A stretch of 63,284 nt of DNA, the filler included, from Folioceros fuciformis (lineage: Eukaryota): assembly GCA_049999805.1 (NCBI GenBank). It is 4 parts of 2 records of this genome, joined end to end, with 100 filler letters (N's around TTAATTAATTAA, not from the genome) between each part and the next. Parts side by side here need not be neighbours in the genome. Positions count along the whole stretch, not along the records: positions 41,100 to 60,771 come from JBNGIO010006379.1; 3 more parts are not named here. One strand, written 5' to 3'. Both the position numbers and the translations under genes were made by a program. The notes under the pieces are model-generated. The model did not search any database. It saw only the letters and a program-made list of their open reading frames with translations, and was not told the DNA's origin. Of the stretch, positions 47,042 to 59,700 are shown one piece after another. Positions within the stretch are counted from its first letter, which is position 1. Every line of letters starts with the position of its first letter.

Positions 47042-48638
47042 ATGATCAGCAGCACCATGAACTTAGTCATGACAATTCTGGGGTTTGCGATGAGCGCCAC
47101 CTTTGTTGTGTTCGTGTGCGCCCGCCTTCTGTGTGTGCGCATGCAACAGAGGCACCATCCGCGGAGGAACTTCGACTCAACCGAAGATGATGTCAGTCAC
47201 CAAGTGGAACCCGTGTGTTACTTCGTTGCGAGCCTCCGTTTGTGGATTGGAGATGCATGAATATGGTGTTGGGATTGGGAGATACGCTGATGGGTTTTGG
47301 AGGTTGCGTCCAGAGATAGGATTTTGGTTTTGGGGTTTTAATCCTCTTCAGTCCGCGTTGAGGTTGTCCTTGGGTGCCTGCGCTGCTTTTCCTCCTATGC
47401 TTCTAATTTTTAGGATTCGGGTGCAAGCAGGTGGAAGAGCGGAGTCCCAGGGGAATGGAGCCGTCAGTGGTGGCCTCGTTTCCTACTGTCAAGTACAGTC
47501 AAGATGTCTTTTCGTCCAAAGATGATGCATTGTAAGTATTGTTGCGTCTATAGCATATAGCATGAGCAGTGGAAATAAAGCAAGTTGTTGGACGTTCTGG
47601 TTGACGTTGTCTGAAAGAGTTTGAAGCAACTCTGAAGGCCGGGCTGTATGTCTGTATCCTTGGTCTCGCAGATGCACAGTCTGTCTGGGTGAGTACGAAG
47701 AGAAAGACGTACTTCGGGTGCTGCCCAGATGTGGACATGCTTTTCATATTGACTGCATTGATGCCTGGCTCCGGCACCACTCCACATGCCCTATCTGTCG
47801 CATTTCTCTCTGCTCAGGTCCAGATGGTAGTAGGTGCATACCTTCTCCCCTAATCACCCAGGCGGCTCGGTCACGCTTCTCCCATGAAGCTGTCCCTGAC
47901 AACATGTTTGAGCAGCAGCAGCAGGATTCCTGTGAAGTTAGGCTACAGGCAAATGATATGTCCGCCCAAGAAGTTGAGGGCTCGTCTCACTCCCACTCCC
48001 GACGGTGGGCTGGGGTTGGTGAAGCCACTGAAATCTTCTGGCACAGGTCACGTCGACAACGGCACGCTGGGGACCTGGAAAGTGCTATCAGGGCAGACGA
48101 ATCGTCGTCTGACAGGGACTCGCCCAACTCCCTCTCTCAGGGCTATCGTGATGAGGTGCCATTGGGTGGCGAGGTTTTCCTGGTAGAACGCAGGCGCGAA
48201 GCATTTCTCAGATATCCCAGGTCGGGGAAGTGGAGTTTATGGCTGTGGCGGAGGTGGGAGCGCGGTGAACTAGGTCCTTCTCCCCTGGCACAGGAGGATC
48301 AGACTGTAGAGTCAGCGAACTGGGCTTCCACCTCTGCTGGTGCAGGAGCAGCGTTTGCCCCGGCCGCGCATGTTCCTTCCAATACCACGCTCAGGCACAA
48401 TGCCATGTTTGGGCAAGATGGCGTTGAATGTGCAACCTATTCTCCTGACCATGTTTTGCCCGTGGCGCAGGTGGTAACAGCGTCACACTCCGAGTCTCGT
48501 GTCTTAGCGATGCCTGCACAGGCTCCTACTCCCCATTCCACTGCAACATCCAATCCCATGGAGGATCCCCAGCGCCATGTGGCTCCCTCCGGATCAGGAG
48601 GGCGTGATGGTGGCTGGCCGACGAGAGCGCTAGCTTAG
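47042..48638 (+). CDS. ATL-family RING-H2 E3 ubiquitin ligase, 3 exons
   Basis: Exons about 47042-47191, 47431-47531, 47672-48638. N-terminal [29 protein letters not shown]-like [44 protein letters not shown]. Confidence 0.93.
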
Positions 48639-49054
48639 AAGAAGTAGGGTACAAGTCGCGAGGGACGCACATTGTACATGACATCCTGCCACTTCCAATT
48701 TTTGGTTCTCGATTAAATTATGTCACTGGAGCATGTTGGTTCCAAACGAATCCAATGTGATGTACATGGGCTCTTGTGCTGACGCAATGGCAGTAGTCTG
48801 TCTAGTTTACAACGTTGCCAAACAAATATTTGGTCCGCCACCGCCAGCAAATGGAGAGCACCAAGTCGTGTCTAACTCGGCATCCGAGGTAGCATAGCAA
48901 ATGTGGTGTGGCTTCGAGAAAGCCAGCACCAAGTCATCAACAAGAAACGGACGAAGGATAGCACTCATGCGAAGGCAGATAAGGCCGAACTCACCTGCTG
49001 CTTGGTGCCAGCCCTGTACATGTACAAATGAAGCCCGGCGTGAGCAAGGCAACG

Positions 49055-49891
49055 TCACACGTTCTCCGGCAGGCTTTTGAATGTGCCGTCGTGCGAAATG
49101 GAAAGGTTGTCATGTGCCCACCTTAACCACACGCAGACAGCCGCAAAGCTAACGACGAAGCTCAGCAGCCCGCTAGCGAGTCCGATGAAAACGATGGAAA
49201 GCGCCGACAGCTGGGCGCCCCCGGGCTGCGGTAACGGAGCTCCATGCAGCAGCGGGTTGCCCGGCCGGAAGGAGGAGAGGTTGAAGCGCGTCCGACCCGA
49301 CGGTGTCTTGGCCAGGTATTTGGGAATCTGGCCCGACAGAGAGTTGCCCACCACGCTGAAGAAATTGAGCTTGTCGAGCGATCCTAGGTCCGGGGGAATG
49401 GAGCCGGTCAAATTGTTTCCACTCAGATCCAGCGCCTCCAGAGCCGTCAGGCCAGCGAGCTCGGTCGGGATGGATCCCACCAGCGAGTTTTCGGACAGGA
49501 TGAGACTCACCAGAGCTGTGAGGCGGCCCAGGTCGGACGGAATTGTGCCGGAGAAGAGATTCGCCGACAGATCCAGCTCCGTCAGGACAGAACAATCGGC
49601 AAGCCCCGGGGACAGAGTTCCCGCCAGCCCGAAGTTTCCCATGCGCAGCGCCCACACGCGCTGGCTCGCTGGCTCGCACTTGATTCCAAGAAAAGGAGAG
49701 GCGCACGGGAAACTGGAACCCGTCCAGTTCCCAGCCAGGAGCCCAGGATTCCTCAAGCTCGACAGCAGCGCGTTGAGGCAGTTGCGATCATTACCCAGCT
49801 GCGCCTCCACCCCCACCCCGAGTCCGACCTCCAGACTGACCAGCACCAGCATTATGGTAATGCATGGCCACGCTCCAGTTCGCATCACCAT
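49055..49891 (-). CDS. LRR receptor-like protein, RLP44/RLP57-like, intronless
   Basis: Signal peptide, LRRNT, 4 LxxLDLSxNxLxGxIP repeats, RFNLSSF..GN, TM SIVFIGLASGLLSFVVSFAAVCVWLR, short tail. Confidence 0.9.
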   Translation of the reverse strand: MVMRTGAWPCITIMLVLVSLEVGLGVGVEAQLGNDRNCLNALLSSLRNPGLLAGNWTGSSFPCASPFLGIKCEPASQRVWALRMGNFGLAGTLSPGLADCSVLTELDLSANLFSGTIPSDLGRLTALVSLILSENSLVGSIPTELAGLTALEALDLSGNNLTGSIPPDLGSLDKLNFFSVVGNSLSGQIPKYLAKTPSGRTRFNLSSFRPGNPLLHGAPLPQPGGAQLSALSIVFIGLASGLLSFVVSFAAVCVWLRWAHDNLSISHDGTFKSLPENV

Positions 49892-50475
49892 CAGATTCAG
49901 TACTACAACATCGGCTCACTCTCTCCAACGCCGACGCCGACGCCAAGTTTTGCAAGTGTAGTCTAAATCGCGAATACCATGTGGCACGCCCTTTTCATCC
50001 CTTTTATGTAGATACATAAATCAGAAGCAGGCTTACGTGCCCCATCACAGCCTGCAGTCACCCACCCGTGCGGCCTGACCTTTTCCCTCCAGCCCCCAAA
50101 AATAGGGGGATAAACTGCACGAGTGGGCGATCCAACATGACGTGCCAGTCACTCGCCCACAACTCCAACAACTTGGGCGACAGTAACCCACGAATAGTGC
50201 CCACAGTGCGTCACAACAAGGCACAGCGTCCAAACTTTGCCTCCAATCATAAAATTATTTGAAGTACAACATCAAGCCAACGCGTGTATGATCGTAACAT
50301 CGGCATCAGGGACCGCTAGCGAGGTCAAGGAACCCAAATTTCCGCGCTTCGTTCCTCCAGCTGTGCATACTCGACTTATCCGATGCCTGCCCTGCACTAC
50401 AGCAGGTAGCAGCTACCTGGAGCTTGGCTCCTCGCGGCTGACGGATCGTGATTGCTGCTAACATTCACTACCATA

Positions 50476-53400
50476 TTAGCCATCCTCCTTAGCAGCCTCC
50501 TCCCGTCGTATTCTCTCCTCCTCCTCCTTGTTGTAGATAGCATTCAATTGCCTCTCAAGCTGCACAGCAAAGCAAAGCAAGGCAAACACACAGCAAAGAC
50601 CATCGTCAACCACCACATACGCAGGTCCGCCGCGGAACCAGACACGAAGCAATAAGTTACCTGCCCGTTCCTTGACTTCAAGTTGTGCATCTCAACCAAC
50701 GCATTACTATATCTACAATGGCAAGAAATAAGACGCCTCAGTTACCTGTACATTCCTTAATTTTTGGTTGTGCATCTCATCCGACAACATTTGCAACCTG
50801 TGAGGCAAGGAACTCGTAAATGCAATGCAACACTCTTGCCCTCAACAGTACTGGACCCCTTCAGGTCGGCTCTCGACACCCTCCCGTTGACTTACTTGTT
50901 TTGAAGCTCTGTGAGCTGGTGCCAAAGATCCCGCTCCCTTTCCGTAGCCAATTCCATCTGACGTAACGCAGATGATTCCCTCAGAAGTGTTCACCACAGA
51001 CCACATAAAAAGCTACCATAAAACATCAAGTCCCAGCGGCACACCTGTGTTAAGTGACACCTTAACGCAAAGCACAAGAACGAAAAGAGCCACTTACAGA
51101 ATATTCACCAGCGCTAATACTCGAACTTCGAGGCAAGTGTTTAGAACTCGAGTGGTTTAGGCGTTGACCTAAAAATGGCCAACAACACGCAACCGTCAAC
51201 TTGTCTCATTACCTCAAATGCTCCCTTACATACCAGATGCCGGGAACACTCACCAGCAGCTGCATCACCCGTGCTGAGGCTATTTATCGCATTCAATAGC
51301 AAATCCTGGAGGGCCAGAAGGGGGCATTACATTCCAATTCACCACCACAGACATAACAAAGCAAACAATACAGAATCTTGGACTCACCTGCTGCACTGCC
51401 CCTTGGTTGTAGATGTTCTGTAGCTGTAAAATCATGGCCGTGACTGGTACTGTACTTGAATTGGAGGGAATTGAAGGTTGTGGCTGAGAAAAGGATGAGT
51501 TTTGTGCAAGTTGCTGCACCATAGCATGAGAAAACATGATCATTACATAATAACACGGTTGAAAAGCCCTGCAACCATTCACCCAAACCAACTTCCTTTC
51601 AGGAAGTGCTCAAACCGTAAGATCTTAAGGGAACTGCGCGCTCAAAAACGTGCCCAACTAGCAAACGGTAACCAAACCATCAAACCCTACAACTTTGCTT
51701 TGGACAGCAGTTCTTCAGCACAGATAGGGCGAAACGACCCTTGACATCAACATCGCGTACTGCACCTGCCTCTCAAAGAAGCCAGACCCAGTGCCTGTAT
51801 CTCGTATAGCCACCCAGTTGCTAGACAAACAATAGAAAAACACATAACTCTCACTCCTACCCTTTAGACCCTTCCCCAGCAAGAAATCACCCGACAAGGA
51901 AAACCAGCGCAATAGTTCCCAAGACAAGAGTTCACAAGGGAGGACCTGGAACACTTCCCCTCTTCCCCTCCAAAGAGGGGAATTGACACCCATAGACATA
52001 GAGAACATTACAGGGGCTGGTAGCATACAAAGAGCCTTCGTTCTGATGACCAGTCACCAACACTGGCAGACTTGTGAAGCGACCCGGTCTGCAAAAGCAG
52101 TTAATGTGCACTGACTTATTATCCAAAAAGAACGGCAGGGCACTACAGCCCCTCCCGGGACCTCTGATCCGACTGCCGCAGAATCAGCCCCCGTTACCCG
52201 AAGCCCCCTCACCGAAACAAAACAAAACAAACAAACAAACAAACAAACAAAAAAGTAAATGGGCTGCCCCATCAAACATAAAACTGAATCACCACCGACC
52301 TGAGCGCTCCCCTTTGATCGGTTACTTGAATGATGGACTTCCTGAAAGGTATGAACCATTTTGAATATCACTGCCTCAGACCGGATCAAGAACCAGCTCA
52401 CCTAACATACCTCACCCAACCCTACGAGGGATCCGAAGTGTTGTTACCTCAGCCATCACCACATCATCTGAAACAACAGAAAAACGTCCCTTCTTCTGTA
52501 TCACAGGCCCCTTCGGCTTCTCGTCAGGACCTTCCTTGCTGGCTACCGCTACACACAAGGTACCAGGACACACAAAATTGTGACACCGCGTACACACAAC
52601 TCGTTCCAATCATGCTTCAGGGTACCAAAACTGGTGAGCATGCTCCAGGTGCAATCCTCGCTAGCAGGCACATACTAGGAGGAGGTCTTGAAGACCCGTT
52701 TGTTGCAGGCCTGGAGTCTGGTATGGGAGCACCTGATGACGTCAAAGGCCCACTATGCGAGCCCCGTTCACGATGATGAGCATTTCTAACCTCATCACCT
52801 GGTCGACTTGACGGCCGGTGGTCCCTATCCCTGTTAGAATTAGCACACCAAACACTCATTCCTCGACACCGCATTGCTTGCCTACAAGAACCAGAAACCA
52901 ACCATACTGGGAATGCGAAAAAGACTCAATCGTGATATCGCTTGAGATACTAACCTGTCCTTTTCATCTTCGCGGCCCCTATACGAGGCCACCACATGAT
53001 CGGGTATCAAAGGGCCACTTGCTGGCCTGCGATGCTCGTCCCTGTCATCACGTTTCAGATCATCCCGTCTATCCTTGTCCGACAGGCTTCGAAGCTCACT
53101 TGCATCTCGAACATCCCTCGATGATTCTGTCCTACGAAGCTCCTGCGTTTTCGCGGATTCGTGCCAGCCTGGGCTTCCATCATCCTCGAATACATCAAAT
53201 CGCCCACTGCACCACCGAGTACATGACGACAGGCAACATAAAGACAAGGTAATAATGAATCACAGATATGGAACCTCATCTATCATACCGACAGTAAAAG
53301 TTCCTAATGAAAATTAAGATAAGTTGTCAGCTGCACAAGGGATGTCATAACTACAAGGATGCTGCTAGAACCTTGCCACAACAAGAACTCAGCTGACAAC

Positions 53401-56400
53401 ATGACACAGCAATCCTACATAACATCTCCAAGATAAGAACTCACATATGCTTGGGCTCTTTCCTCCCCAAAAGCTGCGGTCCAGACCTATAAGTAGACAC
53501 AACAGCGCCACAATTACCTTCAAAAAGGAGGAGGATCCTAGGCCTCCCCTACATTATCGATTTCTAAACTGAGTACGGGAAACCATGCCCCTTATGTCAC
53601 CGCTACACGACATGTCTGGCTTGAACGAGGACCAGCCTCCTTGGACGAGGCCCACCAAAAAATCGGGTAGGAGACAACCACCGGAAAAAACAAAACTGAA
53701 ATCATTTCGCCTTGCTCACTTCCTCACGACCGACAGCCTTACCATCTCCTTACCACGGGACCTAACTTGCCCAAAGTGCCGACAAACTTGGGTAAAGGAA
53801 AACTGATGATACCTAGAAAATGACTTGGACTGCGGTGCTGTTGACAATTGTCCAGTGCGATTCCTTGAAGCACGATCTCCACCCTGGAACAAACTGCCAA
53901 GCTTTAGGATTGAACAACTCAAGTACATTTACCATAGCTCAAACATAACTCACGGCATACTCACTTCGGTCGCGGACTCAGGCTTAAGGGTGCTAGCAGA
54001 TGTTGTCATCTGAGAATCCCTTGTCACAGACGGCTGTGGGGAAGAACTCGCGGCTTGCGAGGCAACTTCTAGTGAGTCATCACTCTCTCTACTTGATCGT
54101 GGCTTCGACTGCTCTTCTTCTTCAGGCACCTTCGAAATTGCTGGTTCGTCATCATCTTGTATCTGTTTATAAAGGTGTCAGAGCGTACTCAAAGGCAGGC
54201 ACTTGGGTGTAGATCCTGTATGAAAGCAATCACCAAGCACAGCCGGAATACCAGAGCTGCCTGAGCCTTCAAATCTTCCACATTGAAGTTCCAACTACTC
54301 ACGCCTCTCTGGTACTCTTGCTGGTCAAATATAATGCATTGTTAGAGAACACAAACTTCATTCCAGATGGCTACGATAATAAGAACACATGGAGCATCTG
54401 CACTCCAGAACCAGCAGGCAGCCTGCATCAATTAACCTGCTACACCATCAATTGATACATGCTGCACTCTGATACATTGCATTCTGTGACTCAAAAGCCC
54501 CAGGACGACGATAGCCTCTTCCCTGAGGGTTTCTAGCCACTTGGACCACCGTAGGCACAGGGAACCATCACCAGGCTTGAAAATGCATCGTAGGTGCGGA
54601 TATGGGAATCTAATGCAGTAGAGTGCACCCATTATCCCGTTTAGCGGAGAAACTGCAGAATCACCTGAGATTTTTCCTCCTGCTCTCCATAAGGCATCTT
54701 CTTCTGAGCCAGCCGAGCTGCATCTTTATCCTGAATGCACAGGACAGTCACAATTCAGAGAGTCTTGAGCCGACATGTAAGTTCAGTCAGACAATCCTCT
54801 GGCAATGTATACCAACCTTCAGGGTTTTCACACGCTCTCCAAGAGGAGGAAGTCCTTCCAAAAGATGTCTGGCAATGTAGTCGGCAGAACGTGCATGCTT
54901 GAAAAATGAGTGTTTTAACAGCTTTTCAGCGGATGGTCTCCTAGTTGGGTCCTTGACGAGGCACATTGCTATCATCTCTTTAAACGACTGCACACAAGTA
55001 ATTGCCAAACATAAGTTGCAGATGCAAGCCCCCAATGCCATATCATTCAGAACTCACTTTTAGATCTCAAAATTCCCACAGCTCCCATCCAAACTGCACA
55101 GAACTACGAGTGTGCGAAAAAGTAAACAATTAACCTTCGAAAACCGCTTATCCCGTTCGTAATCAAGCCCAGGAGGAGCATTTTGCAGGGTCATCAACAG
55201 CACCTATCAAAATGAAGCGAACATACATAGAGATCTTATGCTTGAGAGAAGAGGATCGTACACACGTATCAGGACTAAGATCATGACAGTTTGCAGACAC
55301 CATACTATAAAGCATACCATGGAAAAGAACCTACCTTCATTGGAGGATACTTGGAGAAGGGAGCGTGACCATGAGCAAGCTCCAGTGCAGTTATTCCAAA
55401 AGACCAAATGTCTGCCCTGCAGCACAACACATCTAACACTCAAGTAAGCAGACATGGAGATGCAGGGACACCACATGAAACAGATATACTTTGCAGGCCC
55501 CCCTTGATGATGACACAGTATCTGGCCCGTAAAGTCTTAGGGGGGTGATCTGATCTCAAACTTCAGCGATGTAAACACGCATGAGTCCAGTACAAAACAA
55601 CTTGACTTACTTGAAGTCGTAGCCATGAAGCTGCTCCATAACTTCAGGTGCCATCCTGACATGTCATACTACCATCAGTCTAAACACCCTGAACCCTCCC
55701 ATATACATCACTAGTTTAGTTAGAGAACAGCATCCTGACAAGTTTTACAGCAGCATTTGACGAGAGTAAGCCCCCAAGACACACCAGCAGGGAGTTCCCA
55801 CAAAGGTATTCCGTGATCGTTGTCTGTCACCAGTGTCAAACATGCAAGCTGATACACCAAAGTCTCCAAGCTTGACTGATCCATTTGAGTCAACCAAGAT
55901 ATTCCCAGCCTAACAAGAGAGAAACCCGTGAATGATGGTACTACAAGTCGTTTACCCGATAGCTCAATGATTCGTGACCTTACAATACAAGGGAAGTGAA
56001 CTCTGAGGCAATCTTAGGCTGACAGAATACCTTGACATCTCGATGGATGTGGCCATGGCGATGAAGATACTCAAGGGCCTTCAGTGTCTCCCTCAACACT
56101 GTTGCAATAACAGCCTCCTCAAAGCCGTCAGGATATGCCGCCTTCATGATGTGCAGACAGGAACCCCCAGACATGTAAGGCATGACGACCCATAGACTCT
56201 GATCCACCACGAACGAGCAATGAGCCTTTACAACGTTTGCATGGCTTATCAAGCTCATGGTCTGGGCTTCTCTTCGGATCTCATCCTGCGTCACGTCATA
56301 ATATATGCACAATTCAGCATAGTTACGCACTCAAAGAGTACCCAGGATGCTATTGCTCCCCGAGAAAGTGTCTCCTTCGTCGCTTAAGGAGGCATATACT

Positions 56401-57228
56401 TTGGTACAGGTAAATGTGAACACTGGGAACTTGCCCCGCCTGTCAAACCCTACCCCTATCCAACACCCTAGCTAGAACCTGCCCGGATATCCAATCCAGC
56501 ATAGTTACGCAGTCAAAGATTACCGAAAAGACTGTAGTTCCCTAACACAGTGTTCGCTCACGCAAACAAAGTTGAGATACAGGCAATCGTGAAAAGTGGG
56601 AACTTATTTCAGAGGAGAAATGTAGGGCCAGAATTGCAGTCTACCAGACCCCCGCTGCCCCGCCTGTCCACCCCTACCCCTCTGCCACCCCCTAGCTAGA
56701 ACCTGCCCGGGAATCGTTTAAAAAGAAACACAATCTGGATGTCTCAAATATCCAATTGCATCGCTGAATGAGCGAAGGTGATAGCAATTTGGTTGATAAG
56801 CCTGCATGCCAAACAGCAGGAAGCAGGACGTCTGGTAGCTCGGCAGCCAGCTGACTGCTTCTAAGAAGCCAAATTTGCCCTAATCCTTGAGGACTCAATC
56901 TAATTGACCTTGTGGGAGCTATGCAAAATCATACACACACGCAAAACAGAAAGCACATGTTGAGTGACAAGCACTGTCGTTGACGTGACATTTGCACTCA
57001 CACGCTGTTCAAGCAAGGGCTTGTAGAAAATCGGTGAGCGCGGGATCTCAGCCATAGCAAGCCTACCAGGTTACTGTTGCACTTCTCCAGATCCAAGCTC
57101 TTGATCGCCACAATTTCAGAGAAAGGAAGGCACATCGCGCGATACACAGTTGCGCTCACGCCCTGCCCTACTTCCTCCAAAATCTTGTAGCCCGAGGCCA
57201 CGACAGGGTAGGTTTTCTTCTCCTCCAT
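50476..57228 (-). CDS. STE20-family Ser/Thr kinase (plant MAP4K, BLUS1/TOT3 group, OSR1/fray-like), about 20 exons
   Basis: ATG 57228; [101 protein letters not shown]; final exon [27 protein letters not shown] (50559-50476). Confidence 0.96.
50661..50797 (-). other. Tandem duplicated 52-nt cassette exons (50797-50746 and 50712-50661), putative mutually exclusive pair
   Basis: Both flanked by AG and GTAACT, same phase, paralogous peptides, 33 nt apart. Confidence 0.75.
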
Positions 57229-58519
57229 GAGACGAGGTGCGACGACAGAAGAAAACACGAACCCTGGGTAGATCAGAGCATCACCAGGATAGACAATCTG
57301 TTGCAGAGCCCACGGGCCCAACCTGAATGTCGGCTCCACTCTGAGGACTCAGCTTCCATGCTTGACTTAGATATAGCTAACAGGTGGCAAGCAGAGCTGG
57401 TGCGCTAGCAGAGTGCATTTCTCCCGAAATCCAGCCAAAACAGTGAGCTAGCAGCAAAGCAGCACCCCACGCCCACACAACACAATTCCCGTTTCCCCAC
57501 CGGAGCCAAAGCGCATTCCTGCTCTCGACCAAATGAGGCGGTTAAGCACAAGATCGCATCCGGAGGCGGAAGCAGGTAGACCCGCTTATTTCCACTCAAC
57601 TCTCACCAGCGGGAGCTTCCGGCTGCTGATTCCAGCCGAGCGAGGCTACGCAGAGCCTGCGTGCGCGGCCCGGCAACCAGACCCCGCCCTGGCCTTGCGG
57701 CCGCACATGCGCCGGGCGCAGAAGCCAGTAGGCCCCGCACAGCATCCTAGCCAGCAGGGAAGGCCATCGCGCCCCGGCCCAGACGGCACCCAGCTACCTG
57801 CGTCTAGACGATCCCCACAGCACAATCCAGGAAATCCAATCCTCAAGTCAAAGGGCGAGGGGCTCCATGAGCAGCGGCTCTAGAGCGGAGGGGAGGGCTG
57901 CAAGCATTCAAGGCTGTGGCAATCCCCGCCCAGAAAAACAGTTCCCTTGCAGGCTCAGGCGGGGGAGGTGAACGCAGGATCCCTAGTTGCCTGGCTCGCA
58001 CAGTGGTGCTGCTCCTGCTCCTGCTGCTGCTGCTGCTGACGCTGCTGCACAGTTTTCCACTGCTCTTGTGCTGCACCGCCGAGACCCAGGACAGACGCAG
58101 GAAGGGACGAGGAGGAGAGAGCGCCCTGCGGGTCCAACTCACCCGCCCCTAACCCTGGGTTCGAACCGCGGTGGATGTGGAGTCCTGTGTCTTCATCCTG
58201 GCCGGTGCCGCCCTGGGCCCGCAGGAGCTGATGCCTGCCCGGGTGATACCGGGACTGCCCTGGTCACATTCCGCCAGGCCGACATTTTCTGCCTTCTTCT
58301 GCACAGCATTCAATTGGATGCAGGGCTCGGCTTGCTTCTGTGTTCAATGTCAACTCGCCTGTCCACCCTAAACTCTCTGATTCTACCCACTTTTTTATCT
58401 TCCGTTTTCCTTTACGGCGTAAACTGCTTTGCTTTTAATTTTACATTAATCATATGCATTTAAAACTATTTTAAATGTATATACTGCTTTAGCAGTTGTT
58501 GTTTTGAAAGGAGAGATCT

Positions 58520-59700
58520 ATGAGATGTTGGGAGTTAGCAAGTTACTAGCTTTTGAGAAATAGCGTTTGAAGGTGCATCCTCTTGTTATTGATTGAGGAG
58601 GCATTTTTGTGCCTCATTAAATACTTAATATTTTGATGCAACTTCAAGAGCAATTCCAAGCACATCTTTGTCCCTATCACTTTGGGATTGCCATTCCATG
58701 GGGTTTTGAGTTTGTTGTGTTCAATGCTCACCCACATTGGGTGGCTTTTTGAAATTGCTTTCAGCATAGATTCTAGAGCTACCATTTTCTTAGAACTCAA
58801 GGACGTGGGGGAATTGGTATGTTTCATCCGCTTTATTCACTCCTACAGTTCTCCATCTAAGTTCATGCTTATCATGAAGGCGATCTTGCTTATGAATTAG
58901 ATGGTACTTTTTTGCAAGGATTGTGAGTTTTATTGGGTCCTAATGTGACCTTTGAACTTTATCCAAGAATTTGTTGATGTAGCCTTAGCTCATGTCATGG
59001 ACCTCTCGCAAATGAAGAACCCTTCCCAGTTGGTATTCTATCTTCTTACTTTGTGCATCACCTAAGTTATCTCATGAGGATGGTTGCTCCATTTTCAGCT
59101 TTCTTATCATGTTTGAGGAGTCATTTAAGTAGTCAAGTTATGCAAGCATTTGAGGCCATAATGATCCCCAATACTTTTGAATGTGCTTCTAGAGAACAAG
59201 CCAAGAAACATCCAACTTTGCTAGTCACCTTGGAGGGCATCGGTGGCCTATTGGGCATGAAGGCCTGAACTTCGTTGTCTGCCTCTGCTCAAAGTATGGC
59301 TTCTCAGTTTTTAATCCAAGGTTCCCTTGCTACATGCCTTCATCTTAGGGGTTGAGGAGAGGGCTTTCCCCTTATAGGTTTCTCTAAGGCAAGCTATGGA
59401 CTCCTTGTCTTTGGATGCTTGAGAGCCCATGCCTTCATTTTACCCGCTTCCTTGTGGAAGGGATGTATGGCCTCCAAGCCTCTCTTTAAGACGAGTAGTT
59501 TGGTCTTAAAGTAGTTTGTGTAGGTGCTAAGGGCCCTCCTCTTAGACTCATTCATTCGTTCCCAAGCCCTCTCATGTGCACATTCGTTCTTGTTTAGGTG
59601 AGGGAGCTTGCTCTTAGCTTCCGACTAAGCCTTGCATTTAAGCTTGCGTTCCAAATCTTGTTATGGGTTACCATTGACCATTATGAGGCATCTAATATAG
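58520..59700 (+). mobile_element. Decayed non-LTR retrotransposon RT, CRE-like clade; boundaries approximate
   Basis: LGVSKLLAFEK*RLKVHPLVI resembles LGASRLLAL.K..GGVRPIAV; AFSIDSRATIFLEL..GELVCFIRFIHS resembles NAFN..SR..I..EL; HLSYLMRMVAP and TLLVTLEGIG resemble L.YLLR.VPP and QA.LP...GG.G. Confidence 0.55.

Noticed and set aside
49077-49961. 294-aa ORF antisense to the LRR gene
   Set aside because: Typical open antisense frame of GC-rich LRR codons.
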